A stretch of DNA of 64,000 nt from positions 40,033 to 104,032 of the forward strand of contig DATDQB010000008.1 in assembly GCA_035292445.1 (NCBI GenBank), written 5' to 3'. A program made the translations under genes and the position numbers. Each line of letters opens with the position of its first letter. The first letter of the stretch is position 1. Of this stretch, positions 61,118 to 64,000 are shown in pieces. This stretch comes from Candidatus Omnitrophota bacterium. Its GTDB lineage: Bacteria > Omnitrophota > Gorgyraeia > Zapsychrales > Zapsychraceae. The notes under the pieces were generated by a model. It did not search any database. It saw only the letters and a list, made by a program, of their open reading frames with translations, and was not told the origin of the DNA.

Positions 61118-62317
61118 ATGATCAGCGTTTCGGAAGTAGATAAAATCATCGCGGAAAACATAAGAAAATTTCCCATCATAGAAATCCCCCTGGAAGAAGC
61201 CGGAGGGGCTATCTTGCGCGAAGATATCAAAGCCGACCGGGATTTGCCTCCCTTCCACAAAGCTCTTATGGACGGGATCGCGGTTAAATATTCCGCCTGG
61301 AAAGCGGGCCAAAGGAATTTTAAAATCGAGGGAACGCAGGCAGCCGGCGTTGATGCATTGGCATTAAGGAAAGAAAGCGGTTGCACCGAAATCATGACGG
61401 GTGCCGTTCTAAGCAAGGGCGCCGATTGCGTTATTCCGGTTGAATATGTTCGTATTGAAGAAAATATAGCCAACATCCACGATGACATCAAACTCAAGCG
61501 CATGCTCAATATCCGTCCTAAAGGGGCCGATCATAAGGAAGGGGATCTTTTAATAAAAGCGGGGTGTATCATGCGCCCAGTGCAAATAGCAACCGCGGCC
61601 GCTATTGGTAAAGCCAAAATAAAAGTAAGCTATCGCCCTAAAATCGCTGTCATTTCCACCGGTGATGAGCTGGTTGAAATCAATGAAGACATCATGCCGT
61701 TTCAAATCCGTAAGTCAAATTCTTACTTCATTAAAGCGGCGTTGGATAATACGCGTTTGTTTGAGACTTCAGTTTTCCATTTTAGAGATAACAAGAAAGT
61801 GTTGTTGCGGCAAATCAGCGCCATTATGGAAAAATTTGACGTCCTTATCATTACCGGCGGCATTTCTATGGGCAAATTCGACTTCATTCCCGAAGTCATG
61901 AAGGTGTTAAAAGTGGATGTTCTGTTTGAAAAAGTCAAACAGAAGCCCGGCAGGCCGTTTTGGTACGGCCGCACGAAAAGAAATCAGCCGATTTTTGCGT
62001 TGCCAGGCAATCCCGTCTCGACGCAAATCGGGACCGTGCGCCATTGCATCCCCAACCTCAAAAAAGCGCTTGGTTTAGAGAAAGAAGAGGAAGAATACGC
62101 CCAATTGAAAGAAAGTTTTCAGCTCGATACGCCTTTTACGTTTTTTCTTCCTATCCGGATCACTTGCGCTAAAGACGGGCGGCTTACGGCCACATCGGTT
62201 CCGGGGAGCGGTTCCGGGGATTTCGGAAGCCTTGCCGGAGCGGACGGATTCATGGAAATACCTGCTGAAACAAAGGTCGCCGAGAAAGGATTTACCGGTA
62301 AAATCTACCGTTTCTAA
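61118..62317 (+). CDS. moeA: molybdopterin molybdenumtransferase
   Basis: The N-terminus reads PLEEAGGAILREDIKADRDLPPFHKALMDGIAV. The C-terminal half has the MoCF_biosynth fold (ISTGDELV…GGISMGKFDF). Confidence 0.8.
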   Translation: MISVSEVDKIIAENIRKFPIIEIPLEEAGGAILREDIKADRDLPPFHKALMDGIAVKYSAWKAGQRNFKIEGTQAAGVDALALRKESGCTEIMTGAVLSKGADCVIPVEYVRIEENIANIHDDIKLKRMLNIRPKGADHKEGDLLIKAGCIMRPVQIATAAAIGKAKIKVSYRPKIAVISTGDELVEINEDIMPFQIRKSNSYFIKAALDNTRLFETSVFHFRDNKKVLLRQISAIMEKFDVLIITGGISMGKFDFIPEVMKVLKVDVLFEKVKQKPGRPFWYGRTKRNQPIFALPGNPVSTQIGTVRHCIPNLKKALGLEKEEEEYAQLKESFQLDTPFTFFLPIRITCAKDGRLTATSVPGSGSGDFGSLAGADGFMEIPAETKVAEKGFTGKIYRF

Positions 62318-62318
62318 C

Positions 62319-62564
62319 ATGGTTAAGACTGTTTCTTTATATTATTATTCTATTTTCCGAGAGCAAAGCGGGGCGCGTGAAGAGTCTTTTGAAACGAATG
62401 TTTCAACTGTTTCTGAGCTTTTCGAGGAACTTAAAGCTAAATATAAATTTTCTTTGTCCAATCATCAGGTCAAAGTTGCCGTTAATGATGAATTTTGTGA
62501 TTGGCAAACCCCTGTTTGCACAAAGGATAAAATCGTTTTCATTCCACCGGTAGCCGGAGGTTAA
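62319..62564 (+). CDS. moaD: MoaD/ThiS-family sulfur-carrier protein
   Basis: It is 81 aa and ends in …FIPPVAGG, a C-terminal Gly-Gly. It sits immediately after moeA. The start is at ATG 62319. Confidence 0.55.
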   Translation: MVKTVSLYYYSIFREQSGAREESFETNVSTVSELFEELKAKYKFSLSNHQVKVAVNDEFCDWQTPVCTKDKIVFIPPVAGG

Positions 62565-62566
62565 AG

Positions 62567-63010
62567 ATGATTCTTAAAAATTTTTTTACATTCGGCCTTA
62601 TTGCGTTAACGATATCGATACCTGTTTATTCTTGGTCCGATGAAGCCCGCAATGGCGATGAAATTACCGGCGTTGCCTTGAAATGGCTGGGCTGGGTCGA
62701 TGAGGGGCGGGATGAAACTTCATGGAAAGACGCCGCCAAAGCTTTTCAACAAGAGATGGCTAAAGAAAAATGGAAGGCAAATCTTAAGGCGTTACGAACT
62801 CGTCTGGGGAAGCTTCGAGAACGGTCTTTGGCGACGTTGACATATTATGAGCCCACGAACACGGTTCCCTTAAGCTGCGTGCTTTATTTTACGTCAGTAT
62901 TTGAGCATTTGACAGTTCGTCAGGAAATACTTTTTCTTATATATGACAATAACCAATGGAAAGTCGCCGGTTATTTTGTCCATTTCAACGGAGGAGAACA
63001 TGGCTCTTAA
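62567..63010 (+). CDS. secreted hypothetical protein
   Basis: The signal peptide is FFTFGLIALTISIPVYSWS. No family is recognised. Confidence 0.3.
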   Translation: MILKNFFTFGLIALTISIPVYSWSDEARNGDEITGVALKWLGWVDEGRDETSWKDAAKAFQQEMAKEKWKANLKALRTRLGKLRERSLATLTYYEPTNTVPLSCVLYFTSVFEHLTVRQEILFLIYDNNQWKVAGYFVHFNGGEHGS

Positions 63011-63302
63011 AAAATATTCTATTATCTTCCTAGGAAGCATGGTTGTTTTACTGATGTTTGTGGTCCAATTCAAGAATTCCTCGGCCCAAAACAGTTCCTT
63101 TGCTCAAGTCATTCCAATGGATGGCGGGCAAGGGGCTATCCGATTCTTCGATACGGCCACGGGCAAGCTTTACACATATGACCGCACCCTTCAGGACTTA
63201 ATATCTGTCGTCCAAATCGAAGAACTGGGCAAACCTGCCAAGGTTATTTTTACAGCAACTCCTGACGCAGAACTGAAGTATACCGATCCTCAAGAGAAAT
63301 AA
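63000..63302 (+). CDS. small secreted hypothetical protein
   Basis: GGAGGAG precedes ATG 63000. The signal peptide is IIFLGSMVVLLMFVVQF…SAQ. Confidence 0.3.
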   Translation: MALKKYSIIFLGSMVVLLMFVVQFKNSSAQNSSFAQVIPMDGGQGAIRFFDTATGKLYTYDRTLQDLISVVQIEELGKPAKVIFTATPDAELKYTDPQEK

Positions 63303-63323
63303 CCGCAAGCCGTCATTAAAACA

Positions 63324-64000
63324 ATGAAAAAAGGCGTTCTATTAATCAATTTAGGCACTCCCGATAGCCCGAGCGTAGCGGATGTGCGAAAGTATTTGCG
63401 CGAGTTTCTTATGGACGGGCGGGTGATCGATATCCCGTGGCTGAACCGTTTCTTCCTGGTGAATGGCGTGATCGCTCCGCTGCGCGCCGTTTCTTCCTCG
63501 AAAGCCTATCATCATTTATGGACATCCGATGGCTCACCGCTAAAATATTATGGGATACGGGTCAAAGAGATGCTTCAAGAAAGCTTGGGGACGGAGTATA
63601 CCGTCTCCTTAGGCATGCGTTATCAGAATCCGAGCCTACGGGCGGCGTTGGATAAGTTGAAAAAGGAAAACGTTGGGGAAATAACCGTAATTCCGCTTTA
63701 TCCGCAATACGCCTCCGCTTCGACCGGCTCAACGATCGAAAAAGTTTTCGATGAATTAAAAAACTGGGAAATCATCCCATCTATGCGCTGCATCAGCCAG
63801 TTTTTTGACCATCCTCGTTTTATCAAAGCCTTTGCCCGCAAGGGGGAGGAGCATCTAAAAAACCGTCAGTACGATCACGTTCTTTTTTCTTACCACGGCT
63901 TACCGGAAAGGCAGATTTTAAAAGCTTCTCGCGAGCGTTATTGCCAGCTCAATGAAAAATGCTGCCGCAGCTACCATGTCAAAAACCAATTTTGTTACCG
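63324..64000 (+). CDS. hemH: ferrochelatase, partial (runs off the 3' edge of the window)
   Basis: It begins MKKGVLLINLGTPDSPSVADVRKYLREFLMDGRVIDIP… and the frame is open to the window end, matching ferrochelatase. It is absent from the ORF track because it has no stop. Confidence 0.8.
   Translation, partial: MKKGVLLINLGTPDSPSVADVRKYLREFLMDGRVIDIPWLNRFFLVNGVIAPLRAVSSSKAYHHLWTSDGSPLKYYGIRVKEMLQESLGTEYTVSLGMRYQNPSLRAALDKLKKENVGEITVIPLYPQYASASTGSTIEKVFDELKNWEIIPSMRCISQFFDHPRFIKAFARKGEEHLKNRQYDHVLFSYHGLPERQILKASRERYCQLNEKCCRSYHVKNQFCY

Overview
This 64 kb window comes from a moderately AT-rich bacterial genome, probably a diderm: an outer-membrane-like β-barrel protein, PilZ and HD-GYP c-di-GMP proteins and an NfeD/stomatin pair are present. 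Genes are densely packed and mostly on the + strand. Most of it is core metabolism:
- a Firmicute-like sulfate-assimilation locus (Rrf2 regulator, PiT-family CysP-like permease, cysK, Fe-S APS reductase cysH, cysD, cysN with a degenerate APS-kinase-like tail), followed by an FbpABC-like ABC importer;
- a siroheme sulfite/nitrite reductase and a CbiX chelatase elsewhere in the window;
- TCA and energy genes (citrate synthase, fumarase, sdhCAB with a b558-type cytochrome, pntAA-pntAB-pntB on the minus strand, acs-cobB);
- a heme cluster (hemN, hemE, hemY, hemH) interrupted by moeA/moaD and a PilZ gene.

The accessory-looking content is:
- a 1176-aa secreted S8 subtilase with about ten tandem Myxococcus-type cysteine-rich repeats, followed by a free-standing paralog of its own I9 propeptide and a putative outer-membrane β-barrel;
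- an overlapping pair of a small basic ORF and an AbiEii/MNT-like nucleotidyltransferase at the 5' end;
- two response-regulator → secreted coiled-coil protein pairs, two single-domain PilZ proteins and an orphan AmmeMemoRadiSam radical-SAM enzyme.

The non-coding signals I consider most worth follow-up:
- a GC-rich leader (~18965-19105) upstream of the rrf2/cys operon with mutually exclusive hairpins, which I read as a candidate cis-regulatory RNA;
- a small family of GC-rich palindromic units recurring in intergenic spacers and, in frame, inside the 1177-3054 membrane-protein gene, in the manner of Rickettsia palindromic elements.

I found no CRISPR array, rRNA or convincing tRNA. Coordinates I indexed by hand may be off by ±1.
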